Positions 13,550-25,235 of a stretch of DNA of 64,000 bases are shown one piece after another (position 1 is the first letter of the stretch; every line of letters starts with the position of its first letter). The notes beneath the pieces are model-generated. The model was not told the origin of the DNA. It did not search any database and saw nothing but the letters and a program-made list of their open reading frames with translations. The DNA is taken from NCBI GenBank assembly GCA_963767005.1, contig CAVYCN010000002.1, positions 352,001 through 416,000 of the forward strand. Reading direction: 5' to 3'. Made by a program: the position numbers and the translations under genes. This DNA is from an uncultured Actinomycetes bacterium (GTDB lineage Bacteria; Actinomycetota; Thermoleophilia; UBA2241).

Positions 13550-14359
13550 ATGAACGGCGACGAAAGACCGCGCGGTCGGGCCGCGCGCCGCGCGCCGCTC
13601 AGGTTCGCGGCCGTCGCCGTCGCCTTGGCCGTGCTGGCCGGCGGCGGCTGGGCCGTGGTGCGCGCCCGCGCGGCCGGCGCCGCTCTGCCGCCGCTGCCGC
13701 CCGCGCCCGCCGTGTCGCCGGGCCCCAGCGCGAGCTCCGTCCCAGCGGTGCAGGGCTGGCAGGTCGCCAAGGCCGTCGGGCCGGTCGTCGCCTACCGGCG
13801 ACCCTCCACGTCGGCGCCCGTGCGCCAGCGCTTCGGTATCCTCAACCCGAGCGGCTATCCGAGCGTCTTTCTGGTGCGCGGCGTGCGCGAGGTCGGCGGT
13901 GTCACCTGGTACGACGTCTGGCTGCCCATCAGGCCGAACGAGAGTCACGGCTGGATCCGCCAGGGCGGCGTGTCGATCTACACGACGACCGCCAAGATCG
14001 TCGTGCACCTCGCCACCCATCGACTGGTCGTCTACCGCCGCGGCGTCGAGGTCGGCAGCTTCCCGGTCGCGGTCGGCATGCCGTCGCTGCCCACGCCTCG
14101 CGGGATCTACTATATCGACGAAAAGCTCCTGCCGGACGCGCCGGGCGGGCCCTACGGCGTCCTTGCCCTGGGCCTCAGCGCGTTCCAGCCGCGGCTGCCG
14201 AACTGGCCGCTCGGCGGCCCGGTGGCGATCCACGGCACCAACGAGGACGCGCTGATCGGCCAGGCCATCAGCCACGGCTGCATCCGCATGCACAACGCCG
14301 ACGTGCTCAAGGTGAGCGCCTGGGTGCCGACCGGCAGCCCGGTGGTCGTCGAACGCTAG
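13550..14359 (+). CDS. L,D-transpeptidase (YkuD family), membrane-anchored or secreted
   Basis: PVAVG..PTP.G and IHGTN...IG.AISHGCIRM catalytic motifs; N-terminal hydrophobic segment; start uncertain (13523-13550). Confidence 0.9.
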   Translation: MNGDERPRGRAARRAPLRFAAVAVALAVLAGGGWAVVRARAAGAALPPLPPAPAVSPGPSASSVPAVQGWQVAKAVGPVVAYRRPSTSAPVRQRFGILNPSGYPSVFLVRGVREVGGVTWYDVWLPIRPNESHGWIRQGGVSIYTTTAKIVVHLATHRLVVYRRGVEVGSFPVAVGMPSLPTPRGIYYIDEKLLPDAPGGPYGVLALGLSAFQPRLPNWPLGGPVAIHGTNEDALIGQAISHGCIRMHNADVLKVSAWVPTGSPVVVER

Positions 14360-14367
14360 CGCACAAA

Positions 14368-14409
14368 CGACGCGGGCGGGGCGGCCCAGAGGGCGCCCCG
14401 CCCGCGTCG
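14368..14409. terminator. GC-rich hairpin between convergent genes (probable bidirectional terminator)
   Basis: CGACGCGGGCGGGGCG ... CGCCCCGCCCGCGTCG inverted repeat. Confidence 0.6.
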
Positions 14410-14437
14410 CGCCGCCGCCGCGACAGCGAGAAGGGCC

Positions 14438-14722
14438 TCACCAATACTCGCCCTGAATGAGCTGCATGTCCTTGGCCTTGCACTTGGGGCAGGTGTACGA
14501 CTGCGCCTTCTCGAGGAAGAAGAGCTCGCTGCCGCAGGTCTCGCAATGGAATTCGTCGACGATGATGTCGGCACCGGTCAGGTCGACCGAGGCGATACAC
14601 TTGCACTGCACGCAGACGGCGGGCATGAAGCGCTTGCGCGGGTCGGTCACACTCACGCCCCAGCGGATCTTGTCGGTCGTGTAGCCGCATTCCCGGCACA
14701 CGAAAGTGGTGTATTCTCCCAT
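14438..14722 (-). CDS. Hypothetical 94-aa protein with four CxxC motifs (double zinc ribbon)
   Basis: CREC, CVQC, CETC and CPKC; GAGGGG SD-like sequence upstream; protein-like composition. Confidence 0.75.
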   Translation of the reverse strand: MGEYTTFVCRECGYTTDKIRWGVSVTDPRKRFMPAVCVQCKCIASVDLTGADIIVDEFHCETCGSELFFLEKAQSYTCPKCKAKDMQLIQGEYW

Positions 14723-14823
14723 GCTCGCAGCCCCTCGCTCGGTCGCCCGTCGCGGTCGTGGTCCGGGGCAGGGTATCGGCAGATTTGTGCCGCTCGTTGA
14801 GCGAAAAGGCGGCTGCCGCCGCC

Positions 14824-14928
14824 TTGATTAGTCTTCGAGGCGGGTGGTATATACTGAGGCACGACGAAACGGACAACCGGGAGGCGAAGGCTTTCGAGAA
14901 GTGGGTGCGGGTCGCCCACTTTTGTTTT
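14824..14928 (+). promoter_or_regulatory. rimP-nusA-infB promoter and rimP leader hairpin/attenuator
   Basis: TTGATT at 14824 and TATATA/TATACT at 14848-14855; AAGTGGG-TGCGGGTCG-CCCACTT followed by T-run just before the rimP SD. Confidence 0.7.
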
Positions 14929-14934
14929 GTGGAG

Positions 14935-15398
14935 ATGAGCACACGCGACCAGCACCGGCAGCTCGTGACCGAGGTCGAGGCCCGGCTGGCCGGGCCCCTG
15001 CCCGACGTCGAGGTCGTCGCGGTCGACGTCCAGGGCGGACGCGGGGCGCGTCTCACCGTCTACATCGACCGACCCGGAGGCGTCGACCTCGGTCTGTGCG
15101 AGGCGGTCGCGCGCGAGCTCGACGACCTGCGTGAGCGCTATGCGCTCGACGTCTCGTCGCCCGGCCTCGACCGGCCGTTGCGTACGGTCGCGCAGTTCGA
15201 GCGGGCGACCGGCGAGCGCGTGTACGTGAAGACCGACGTGCGCCTCGACGGGCGCGCGGTCTTCCGGGGCCGGCTGACGGGAGCCGGCGCGGCCGCCGTG
15301 ACACTGGCGCTCGACGAGGGCGCGGCGGTCGAGATCCCGTTCGACACGATAGCGAAGGCCCACGTGATCTTCGAGTTCGACGACACCGGAGGGCATCA

Positions 15399-15402
<4 letters not shown>
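14935..15402 (+). CDS. rimP: Ribosome maturation factor RimP
   Basis: LTVYIDRPGGVDL..CE.V and YALDVSSPGLDRPL motifs; first gene of nusA operon. Confidence 0.95.
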
Positions 15403-16615
<1,213 letters not shown>

Positions 16616-16619
<4 letters not shown>

Positions 16620-16900
16620 CGGCGCCTCGCATGAGCGTGCCACGGCGCACCTGCGTGGGGTGTCGCCAGGCAGCCCCGAGCGACGCTCTCGTCCGTCTCA
16701 CGCTGCGCGACGGCCAGGTCGAGGTGGCCGCGCCGCGCCCCAGCGGGCGCGGCGCCTGGTTGTGCCCCGAGCCCGAGTGTCTCGACCGGGCCGCGCGGCG
16801 GCGCGCTCTCGAGCGCGCGCTGCGCGCCCGCGTGTCCATCGATCCCGATCTGCGCAGGCGCTTCACCGACGTCTGCGAGCAGCGAAAGGCGGTGAGGTAA
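16616..16900 (+). CDS. ylxR: YlxR/RnpM (DUF448) RNA-binding protein
   Basis: PRRTCVGCR and GRGAWLC motifs; between nusA and infB. Confidence 0.9.
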
Positions 16901-18982
16901 GTGGCCCGCATGATCCCAGTCGCGCAGATCGCCGAACAGCGCGGCACCACCGTCGCCGACGTGCTCGCTCATCTGCGACGCGCCGGTGTGGAGCTCGCCC
17001 AGGGCCAGCTCGAGGTCGACGAACAGCTCGTCGAGCGCGCCTACGCCGCGACGGGCGGCGCCCGTCGCGGCCGTCCCGGCGGCGGCGGCGGCGGACGCCG
17101 ACGCCGCGTCGTGATCGACGCGCAGGCGTCGCGTCGCGGTCCCGGACCGCAGGGAGACCGGCGCGGCCGGCGCGACCGCCAGCAGCCGGGCGACCGCGCC
17201 GAGTCGACGCCGGCCGCGCCGGTCGAGGGCCAGGTCGTCAAGGTGCCCTCGGGCTCGAGCGTGAAAGACGTCTCGCAGCTGCTCGGCGTGTCCACCGCCG
17301 AGATCATCAAGCGGATGATGGGCTACGGTGAGATGGCGACCATCACGCAGCCGCTGTCCGACGAGGCCATGACCATCCTTGCCGACGACTTCAAGCGCAC
17401 CATCGAGATCACTCACGCCGCCGACGAGGAAGGCGAGGTCGACGAGACGCCCGAGGACCGTCCCGAGGACCTCAAGCGCCGGCCGCCGGTGATCACCGTC
17501 ATGGGCCACGTCGACCACGGCAAGACGAGTCTGCTCGACGCGATCCGCGAGACCTCGGTGGCCGCCGGCGAGGCGGGCGGCATCACTCAGCACATCGGCG
17601 CCTATCAGGTCGCGCACGACGGCAAGACGATCACGTTCCTCGACACGCCGGGCCACGAGGCCTTTACGGCCATGCGCGCCCGCGGCGCCAAGGTGACCGA
17701 CATCGCCGCGATCGTCGTGGCCGCCGACGACGGCGTCATGCCGCAGACCGTCGAGGCCATCGACCACGCCAAGGCGGCCGGCGTGCCGATCGTCATCGTG
17801 ATCAACAAGATCGACAAGCCCGACGCCAACGTCGAGAAGATCAAGCAGCAGCTCACCGAGTTCAGCATCGTGCCCGAAGCGTGGGGCGGCGATACGGTCT
17901 TCGTCGAGGCCAGCGCGAAGCAGCGCATCGGCCTCGACAACTTCCTCGATATGCTCCAGCTCGTGGCCGATGTGGCCGACCTCAAGGCCAACCCCGACAC
18001 CGCGGCGAGCGGCGTCATCATCGAGGCCAAGGTCGACGTCGGCCGGGGCGTCGTCGCCACCATGCTGGTCGGACGCGGCACCATCCACGTCGGCGACGCC
18101 GTCGTCGCCGGCGAGGCCAGCGGCCGCGTGCGCGCCATGCACGACTTCCGCGGCAAGCCGGTCAAGGTGGCGGGGCCCTCGGTGCCGGTCGAGATCATCG
18201 GCTTCGACTCGGTGCCCGAGGCCGGCGAGTTCTGCCGCGTCGTCAAGGACGAGAAGGCGGCCCGCGTGGTGGCCAACCGGCGCACCAACCGGCTGCGCGC
18301 CGAGGAGCTCGCCAAGCAGCACTCGCTGACCCTCGACGACCTCTACGCGCGTATCGCGCAGGGCGAGGTCGCCGAGCTCAACCTCGTGCTCAAGGCCGAC
18401 GTCCAGGGCAGCATCGAGGCGCTCGCCGACGCCCTCCTGCAGATCAGCCACGACGAGGTCAAGGTACGCATCATCCACTCGGGCGTGGGCGGCATCAACG
18501 AGTCCGACGTGATGCTGGCGACCGCCTCGAAGGCCATCATCATCGGCTTCAACGTGCGGCCCAACGCGCCGGCCGCGGCGCTCGCCGAGTCCGAGGGTGT
18601 CGACATCCGCACGTACCGCGTCATCTACAAGGTGACCGAGGACGTGCAGGCCGCCCTGGTCGGGCTCCTCAAGCCCGAGGTCGTCGAGGAGGTGCTCGGC
18701 CAAGCCGAGGTCCGCCAGCTGTTCAAGGTCTCCCGGCTGGGCACGATCGCGGGCTGCTACGTGACGCGCGGCAAGATCACGCGCACGGCCAGCATCCGCG
18801 TGCTGCGCGACGGCGTGGTCGTCCACGACGGCAGGATCGCCTCGCTCAAGCGCTTCAACGAAGACGCCCGCGAGGCGCTCGAGGGCTTCGAATGCGGCAT
18901 CCTGCTCGACGGCTTCAACGACCTCAAAGAGGGGGACATGCTGGAGGCGTACGAGACGAAGGAAGTCGCCCGTGGCGGGTGA
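16901..18982 (+). CDS. infB: Translation initiation factor IF-2
   Basis: [32 protein letters not shown] and SLKRF motifs. Confidence 0.98.
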   Translation: MARMIPVAQIAEQRGTTVADVLAHLRRAGVELAQGQLEVDEQLVERAYAATGGARRGRPGGGGGGRRRRVVIDAQASRRGPGPQGDRRGRRDRQQPGDRAESTPAAPVEGQVVKVPSGSSVKDVSQLLGVSTAEIIKRMMGYGEMATITQPLSDEAMTILADDFKRTIEITHAADEEGEVDETPEDRPEDLKRRPPVITVMGHVDHGKTSLLDAIRETSVAAGEAGGITQHIGAYQVAHDGKTITFLDTPGHEAFTAMRARGAKVTDIAAIVVAADDGVMPQTVEAIDHAKAAGVPIVIVINKIDKPDANVEKIKQQLTEFSIVPEAWGGDTVFVEASAKQRIGLDNFLDMLQLVADVADLKANPDTAASGVIIEAKVDVGRGVVATMLVGRGTIHVGDAVVAGEASGRVRAMHDFRGKPVKVAGPSVPVEIIGFDSVPEAGEFCRVVKDEKAARVVANRRTNRLRAEELAKQHSLTLDDLYARIAQGEVAELNLVLKADVQGSIEALADALLQISHDEVKVRIIHSGVGGINESDVMLATASKAIIIGFNVRPNAPAAALAESEGVDIRTYRVIYKVTEDVQAALVGLLKPEVVEEVLGQAEVRQLFKVSRLGTIAGCYVTRGKITRTASIRVLRDGVVVHDGRIASLKRFNEDAREALEGFECGILLDGFNDLKEGDMLEAYETKEVARGG

Positions 18983-19295
18983 GGCGCACGTCGGCGTGCT
19001 GCTCGCCGAGCTGCACTTTCCGGCGAGTCGCTCGCTCAAGGCCAAACGACAACCGCTGACCTCGCTGCGCGACACCGTGCAGCACCGCTTCCGGGCCTCC
19101 TTCGCCGAGGTCGGCCGGCACGACAGCTGGCAGCTCGCCGAGGTGCTGGTCGTCCTCGCCGCGTCGTCGGGGCGGCAGGCCAGCGAGCGCATCGACGAGA
19201 TCGACCGGTACCTGCACGGTCGCGAGTTCGAGGTGTCGCGGGTCATGGTGAAGTCGGTCGACCCGGTCGAGGCCCTGTGGGACACAGGCTCCTGA
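18972..19295 (+). CDS. DUF503 (YlxP-like) protein
   Basis: VGVL..ELHFP.SRSLKAKR..F..S.AEVG..D.WQ pattern; infB-ylxP-rbfA synteny. Confidence 0.85.
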   Translation: MAGEAHVGVLLAELHFPASRSLKAKRQPLTSLRDTVQHRFRASFAEVGRHDSWQLAEVLVVLAASSGRQASERIDEIDRYLHGREFEVSRVMVKSVDPVEALWDTGS

Positions 19296-19774
19296 AGGTT
19301 AACGAGGCGCTGCGCGAGGTGCTGTCGCGCGAGATCGCCGGTCTCAAGGACCCACGCGTCGGCTTCGTCACGGTGACCGGCGTGCTGACCTCGAACGACC
19401 TGCGCCACGCGAAGGTCTTCGTGAGCGTGCTCGGCAGCGCCCGCGAGCGCGAGCGTTCGCTCGACGGCCTGCGCGCCGCCCACGGCTTCCTGCAGGAGCG
19501 GATCGCCGTCGACGTGCGCATCAAGCGCACGCCGCAGCTGCGGTTCCTCTACGACGAGTCGATCGACCGCGGCCAGCGCATCGAGAGCCTGCTCAAGCGC
19601 TACGAGGACGAGCTCGGGGGCGAGCCCGCCGCTCCCGGCGAAGGCACCGAGGAGGCCGTCCAGGTCGGGGGGCCGGTGCCCGGCGAAGGCGGCGAGGAGG
19701 TCGTTCAGGGCGAGGAGCCCGCGCCCGGCGGTGGCGGCGCAGAGGCCGGACCCGACGACGTGGAGGAGCCATGA
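19277..19774 (+). CDS. rbfA: 30S ribosome-binding factor A with acidic tail
   Basis: LKDPRVGFVTVT.V..S.DL.HAKVFVS and TPQLRF.YD.S motifs. Confidence 0.95.
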   Translation: MGHRLLKVNEALREVLSREIAGLKDPRVGFVTVTGVLTSNDLRHAKVFVSVLGSARERERSLDGLRAAHGFLQERIAVDVRIKRTPQLRFLYDESIDRGQRIESLLKRYEDELGGEPAAPGEGTEEAVQVGGPVPGEGGEEVVQGEEPAPGGGGAEAGPDDVEEP

Positions 19775-20748
19775 CCGAACGCGGCGATCAGATCGACGCC
19801 GTGTGCGCCGCGATGCGCGCCGAGTCGCAGGTCGCGGTCGCCGTGCACGAGAGCCCCGACGCCGACGCGGTCGGCGCGGCGGCCGGCATGCTCGACCTCT
19901 TCGGGCAGCTCGGCGTGCCCGCCGCCCTGCACGTCGACGCCGGCGTCGCCGTGCCGTACGCCGCCGAGCTGCTGCCGCCCGGCGTGGTCGTCGTGGGATC
20001 GCCGCCGGGCGCCGCCACGCTGTACGCCCTCGATTGCGGGTCGCTCGACCGCCTGGCGCTGACGCTCGGGGAGCGCAGCGGGCGCACCGTCGACATCGAC
20101 CACCACCACGACAACACCCGGTTCGGCGACCTCACGTGGGTCGACGGGCGGGCGAGCAGCACATCCGAGCTGGTCTGCCGCCTCGCCGCGCGCCTCGGGC
20201 TCGAGTTCGGCACCCGCGCCGCCACGGCGCTCTACGCCGGGATCTCGTTCGACACGGGTCACTTCCAGCACGAAAGCACGTCGGCCGAGACCCTCGGCTG
20301 GGCGGCGCGCCTCGTCGAGCGCGGCGCCGATCCGACGCGCGTGTATCGCCTGCTCTATGAGCGCCGGAGCCTCGCCGGGCTGCGCCTCTGGGCGCGAGCG
20401 ATCGAGCGCATACGGCCGGCCGCCGGCGGCCGCGCGCTGCTGGCGATGCTGACGGCCGACGACTTCACCGCCACGGGGGCGGCCGACGACGACTCCGAGG
20501 GCATCGTCGACGCCCTGCGCGGCGTGCCCGGCGTCGACGTGGCCGCCCTCGTGCGACCGCGCGACGACGGGCGCGTGCGGGTGAGCCTGCGCTCCGAGGG
20601 CTTCGACGTGAGCGCGGTCGCCAGCCTGAAGGGCGGCGGCGGCCACCGCCAGGCCGCGGGGTTCACGGCGGCGGGCTCGCTCGAGGAGGTGATCCAGTGG
20701 CTCAGTACCGTACTCGACGAGCGCCTCTCGACGGTGTCCTCCTCGTAG
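19771..20748 (+). CDS. nrnA: DHH/DHHA1 phosphoesterase (NrnA-like oligoribonuclease/pAp phosphatase)
   Basis: [24 protein letters not shown] and GGGGH..AAG motifs. Confidence 0.9.
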   Translation: MTERGDQIDAVCAAMRAESQVAVAVHESPDADAVGAAAGMLDLFGQLGVPAALHVDAGVAVPYAAELLPPGVVVVGSPPGAATLYALDCGSLDRLALTLGERSGRTVDIDHHHDNTRFGDLTWVDGRASSTSELVCRLAARLGLEFGTRAATALYAGISFDTGHFQHESTSAETLGWAARLVERGADPTRVYRLLYERRSLAGLRLWARAIERIRPAAGGRALLAMLTADDFTATGAADDDSEGIVDALRGVPGVDVAALVRPRDDGRVRVSLRSEGFDVSAVASLKGGGGHRQAAGFTAAGSLEEVIQWLSTVLDERLSTVSSS

Positions 20749-21608
20749 ACAAGCCGGCCGGCTGCACGTCGCACGATGTCGTGGCGCGCGTGCGCCGGGC
20801 GCTGCGCCCCGAGGTCAAGAAAGTGGGGCACGCCGGCACGCTCGATCCGTTTGCGACCGGCCTGCTGATCGTCCTCGTCGGGCGCGCGACCAAGCTCGCC
20901 CGTTTCTTCGTCGACCTGCCCAAGGACTACGTCTGCACGCTGCAGTTCGGCTTCACCTCGGACACCGGCGACGGGACCGGCGAGCTCACGCCGACCGTCC
21001 GCGCGACCACGCTCGACGAGCTCGCCGCGACGCTGCCGCGGTTCCTCGGGCGCATCCAGCAGAAGGTGCCGATGACCTCGGCCGTCAAGGTCGACGGGGA
21101 GCGCCTCTACCGCAAGGCGCACCGCGGCGAGGTCGTCGAGACGCCGATCAAGGAGGTCGAGATCACGGCCATCGACGTGCTCGACTTCGACCCCGAGAAG
21201 CTGACCTCGCGCTGCCGGGTCGTGTGCTCGAAGGGCACCTACGTGCGGCAGCTCGCGATCGACGTCGGCGAGGCCCTCGGGGCCGGCGCCTACGTCGCCA
21301 GCCTGGCGCGCGCCGCGACCGGCCCCTTCCGGCTCGAGGACGCGCAGACGCTCGCCGATTTCGAAGAAGCCGTCGCAGCCCGCGAGCCCGACGATCTGCG
21401 CATCCCCGGCCTGCTGTCGCCGGCCCAGGCGCTGCAGTTCATGCCGGCGGTGACGGTGACGGCGGCCCAGGTGGCGGCCGTGCGCAACGGCGCACGGCTG
21501 CCGGCCGGCCCGCCGCACCCGGTGCGCCTGCTCTTCAGGGGCGAGCTCCTCGCCGTGTACGGACCGGTCGACGACGGCCCGGGGCTGCGCCCGCTCGTCA
21601 TGCTCTGA
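20697..21608 (+). CDS. truB: tRNA pseudouridine(55) synthase
   Basis: [26 protein letters not shown] and CSKGTYVR motifs. Confidence 0.96.
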   Translation: MAQYRTRRAPLDGVLLVDKPAGCTSHDVVARVRRALRPEVKKVGHAGTLDPFATGLLIVLVGRATKLARFFVDLPKDYVCTLQFGFTSDTGDGTGELTPTVRATTLDELAATLPRFLGRIQQKVPMTSAVKVDGERLYRKAHRGEVVETPIKEVEITAIDVLDFDPEKLTSRCRVVCSKGTYVRQLAIDVGEALGAGAYVASLARAATGPFRLEDAQTLADFEEAVAAREPDDLRIPGLLSPAQALQFMPAVTVTAAQVAAVRNGARLPAGPPHPVRLLFRGELLAVYGPVDDGPGLRPLVML

Positions 21609-22564
21609 TGGAGGTCGTACACGACCTCTCGGCCGCCGCCCGGCGTCCGCGTGCCGTGGCCCTCGGCACCTTCGACGGCGTGCACGCCGGCCACCAGCTC
21701 GTGATCGGTGTGGCCCGCAAGGAAGCGCGCCGGCGGGGGATCACCGCCAGCGTCGTCACCTTCGACCGTCACCCCCTCGCGATCATCGATCCGACCCACC
21801 AGCCGCGGCTGCTGACGCCGCTCGGCGTCAAGGAGGAGCTCATCGGCGAGCTCGGTGTCGACGAGCTCGTCGTGCTGCGCTTCGATCGAGCGCTCGCCGA
21901 CCTGCCCGCCGACGACTTCGTGGCCGGCGTGCTCTCGGGCGGCCTGCGCGCCAACGTGGTCGCGGTCGGCGAGAACTTCACCTTCGGGGCGCGTGGCCTG
22001 GGCACGCCGGCGACGCTCGCCGCTCGCGGCGACGACCTCGGTTTCGAGACGATCGTCGTGCCCCTGCTCCAGTCGCACGGCCGGCCGATCAGCTCCTCGC
22101 GCATCCGGCGCCTCCTGCACGACGGCCGGCTGCCCGAGGTGCGCGCCATCCTCGGTCGCCCGCCGCGACTCGTCGGCGTGGTCGTGCACGGCGACAAGCG
22201 CGGCCGCACGCTCGGCTTTCCGACCGCCAACATCGACGCCCACACCGGCATGATCTTTCCAGGGCGGGGCGTCTACGCGGCTCGCGCGCGGCTCGACGGC
22301 CGCTGGTACCGCGCCGCGGTCAACGTGGGCCACAACCCGACGTTCCTGCACCCGGGCGACGAGACCGCGTTCGTGCGCATCGAGGCGCACCTGCTGGGCT
22401 TCGACGGCGACGCCTACGGCGCCGACATGGTGGTCGACTTCCTGGCGAGGCTTCGTGCCGAGCAGACCTTCGCCAGCGCCGCCGACCTCGTGGCGCGCAT
22501 GCACGACGACATCGCGCGCACGGCGGCGCTGAACGACCGCGCCTATCTCGAGCTCGGTCTGTGA
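21608..22564 (+). CDS. ribF: Bifunctional riboflavin kinase/FAD synthetase
   Basis: GTFDGVHAGH, ISSSRIR, GRTLGFPTAN and EAHLLGF motifs. Confidence 0.96.
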   Translation: MEVVHDLSAAARRPRAVALGTFDGVHAGHQLVIGVARKEARRRGITASVVTFDRHPLAIIDPTHQPRLLTPLGVKEELIGELGVDELVVLRFDRALADLPADDFVAGVLSGGLRANVVAVGENFTFGARGLGTPATLAARGDDLGFETIVVPLLQSHGRPISSSRIRRLLHDGRLPEVRAILGRPPRLVGVVVHGDKRGRTLGFPTANIDAHTGMIFPGRGVYAARARLDGRWYRAAVNVGHNPTFLHPGDETAFVRIEAHLLGFDGDAYGADMVVDFLARLRAEQTFASAADLVARMHDDIARTAALNDRAYLELGL

Positions 22565-22663
22565 GGGTGGCGCCGCACGGCCGCGCCCTTGAGCTCGGCG
22601 TGTGACGGCGGCGGCGCGGGCGTGGGGGAGAGGGTCGGCGGTGGTCCGGCGACCCCTACGAGT

Positions 22664-22771
22664 TTGTACCGACCCCCCGGTGTGGTACCCTACCCAGCGA
22701 CCGTCTCTCGGTTCCGGGCTCGCCGACCCGGTACTGGGTCTCCGGATCATCCCGCAAGGGAGGTGATTCCC
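22664..22771 (+). promoter_or_regulatory. rpsO promoter and structured 5' leader (probable S15 autoregulatory element)
   Basis: TTGTAC-N16-TACCCT with TG extension; hairpins CCGGG..CCCGG and TCCC-GCAA-GGGA overlapping the SD. Confidence 0.55.
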
Positions 22772-23041
22772 CTGGCGATCACGACTGAAGACAAGCAAGC
22801 CATCATCGCACGATTCTCCAAGCACGACGGCGACACCGGTTCGCCCGAAGTGCAGGTGGCGCTCCTCACCAAGCGCATCGACGACCTCACCGAGCACCTC
22901 AAGGTCCACAAGAAGGACCACCACTCCCGCCGAGGCCTGCTCATGATGGTCGGCCACCGGCGCCGCCTGCTCGACTACCTGCAGGCCAAAGACATGGAGC
23001 GTTACCGTACCCTCGTGAAAGACCTCGACCTGCGCAAGTAG
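22772..23041 (+). CDS. rpsO: 30S ribosomal protein S15 (apparent CTG start)
   Basis: [13 protein letters not shown] and [12 protein letters not shown] motifs; GGGAGGTGA SD 5 nt before CTG GCG ATC ACG. Confidence 0.97.
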   Translation: MAITTEDKQAIIARFSKHDGDTGSPEVQVALLTKRIDDLTEHLKVHKKDHHSRRGLLMMVGHRRRLLDYLQAKDMERYRTLVKDLDLRK

Positions 23042-23115
23042 GCGGCGTCCTCCACGTGGCCGCGATCGGCCGTCCCGATGCGAATGGGACGGCCAGAAGG
23101 ATTCGAAGGGATTCC

Positions 23116-25221
23116 ATGACCGTTCACACCGTTGATGTAGAGATCGGGGGGCGCACCATCACCCTCGAGACAGGCAAGCTCGCCAAGCAGGCCAATGGGG
23201 CCGTCGTGGTGCGCTGCGAAGACACCGTCGTGCTGGCCACGGCGGTGGCGCGCGAGGAGACCCGCGAGAACCAGGACTTCTTTCCCCTGACGGTCGACGT
23301 CGAGGAGCGCATGTACGCCGCCGGCAAGATCCCCGGCGGCTTCATCAAGCGCGAATCACGGCCGAGCGACAAGGCGACGCTCACCGCGCGTCAGATCGAC
23401 CGGCCCATCCGTCCATCGTTCCCGAAGGGCTTCATGAACGAGGTCCAGATCATCGGGACAGTGCTCTCCTACGACCAGGAGAACGCCTACGACGTCCTGA
23501 CCATGACCGGCGCTTCGGCGGCCCTCACGATCTCCGAGATCCCCTTCCTGGGGCCGCTCGGCGCCGTGCGCGTCGGCCTGATCGACGGTGAGTTCGTGGT
23601 CAACCCGCCGCTCTCCGACCTCGAGGGCGCGAGCCTCGACCTCGTCGTGTCCGGCAGCAGCGACGCGATCGTGATGGTCGAGGCCGCCGCGAACGAGGCC
23701 AGCGAGGAGCAGGTCCTCGAGGGCCTGCGGCTCGCCCACGCCGAGATCAAGAAGCTGATCGACGCCCAGCTGCGCCTGCGCGAGCTGGCCGGCAAGCCCA
23801 AGTGGGACGTGCCGCCCTACGAAGTCGATCGTGGCCTCTACGACCGCATCGTGCGCGACTTCGGCGCTGAGGTCGACCGCGTCACGCAGATCGAAGACAA
23901 GAAGGGCCGCCAGGAGGGTACCGTCGAGCTGCGCCAGCAGGTCGTGGAGCGTCTCACCGAAGGCGTCGCCGACGACGACCTGCGCGAGCACACGGCGCAG
24001 GTCCGGCGAGCCTTCGCGCAGCTCGAGAAAGACGTGATCCGGCGGCGCATCGCCGTCGACAAGCGGCGGCCTGACGGGCGCCGCACCGACGAGATCCGGC
24101 CGATCAGCTGCGAGGTCGGGCTCATGCCGCGCACCCACGGCTCGGCCCTGTTCACCCGGGGCCAGACGCAGGCCCTCACGCTGCTCACCCTGGGGGCGAC
24201 CGGCGACGCCCAGCGCATCGACACGATCAACCCCGAGGAGAGCAAGAAGTACATCCACCACTACAACTTCCCACCCTACTCGGTGGGCGAGACGGGCTTC
24301 ATGCGCGGCCCCAAGCGCCGCGACATCGGCCACGGCGCCCTCGCCGAGCGCGCCCTCGTGCCCATGCTGCCCGACGAGAAGGACTTCCCCTACACCATCC
24401 GCCTGGTGTCCGAGATCCTCGAGAGCAACGGCTCCTCGTCGATGGCGAGCGTCTGTGGCTCGACCCTGTCGCTCATGGACGCCGGCGTGCAGATCCGCGA
24501 ACCCGTGGCCGGCATCGCCATGGGCCTGATCAAAGAGGGCGACGACTACGTCGTACTCTCCGACATCGCCGGCGTCGAGGACCATCTCGGCGACATGGAC
24601 TTCAAGGTGGCCGGCTCGCGCAACGGCATCACCGCCCTGCAGATGGACATCAAGATCCGGGGCGTCAGCTTCGAGATCCTGGGCGACGCCCTGGCGCAGG
24701 CCAAGCGCGGCCGCCTGTTCATCCTCGACAAGATGCTCGCCACATTGCCGGCGCCGCGCGCCGAGCTCTCGCCGTACGCGCCGCGTATCTTCACGATCCA
24801 GATCAACCCCGACCAGATCGGCCTGATCATCGGCAAGGGCGGCGAGACCATCAAGGGGCTCTGCGAGGAGTTCGGCGTGCAGATCGACATCGAGGACGAC
24901 GGCACCGTCTACGTCGCCGCCCCCGACATGGAGGCCGGCGAAGCCGTGACCGAGCGCATCGTGTCGATGACCAAGGACATCGAGGTCGGCGACATCATCA
25001 CCGGCAAGGTCGTCAAGACGACCGACTTCGGCGCGTTCGTCGAGCTCAAGCGGGGCGTCGACGGGCTCATCCACATCTCCAAGCTCGGCGGCGGCAAGCG
25101 CGTCGACAAGGTCGAGGACGTGGTCAGCCGCGGCGACACGATCACGGTCGAGGTCGTCGAGATCGACAAAGCGCGCAACCGGATCGGCCTGCGGCCGCTC
25201 GAAGCCCCGGTCAAGCAATAG
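23116..25221 (+). CDS. pnp: Polyribonucleotide nucleotidyltransferase
   Basis: DFFPLTVD, GHGALAERAL, SNGSSSMAS and GDMDFKVAG motifs; KH and S1 domains. Confidence 0.98.
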   Translation: MTVHTVDVEIGGRTITLETGKLAKQANGAVVVRCEDTVVLATAVAREETRENQDFFPLTVDVEERMYAAGKIPGGFIKRESRPSDKATLTARQIDRPIRPSFPKGFMNEVQIIGTVLSYDQENAYDVLTMTGASAALTISEIPFLGPLGAVRVGLIDGEFVVNPPLSDLEGASLDLVVSGSSDAIVMVEAAANEASEEQVLEGLRLAHAEIKKLIDAQLRLRELAGKPKWDVPPYEVDRGLYDRIVRDFGAEVDRVTQIEDKKGRQEGTVELRQQVVERLTEGVADDDLREHTAQVRRAFAQLEKDVIRRRIAVDKRRPDGRRTDEIRPISCEVGLMPRTHGSALFTRGQTQALTLLTLGATGDAQRIDTINPEESKKYIHHYNFPPYSVGETGFMRGPKRRDIGHGALAERALVPMLPDEKDFPYTIRLVSEILESNGSSSMASVCGSTLSLMDAGVQIREPVAGIAMGLIKEGDDYVVLSDIAGVEDHLGDMDFKVAGSRNGITALQMDIKIRGVSFEILGDALAQAKRGRLFILDKMLATLPAPRAELSPYAPRIFTIQINPDQIGLIIGKGGETIKGLCEEFGVQIDIEDDGTVYVAAPDMEAGEAVTERIVSMTKDIEVGDIITGKVVKTTDFGAFVELKRGVDGLIHISKLGGGKRVDKVEDVVSRGDTITVEVVEIDKARNRIGLRPLEAPVKQ

Positions 25222-25235
25222 GGCGGAGGCCGGCC

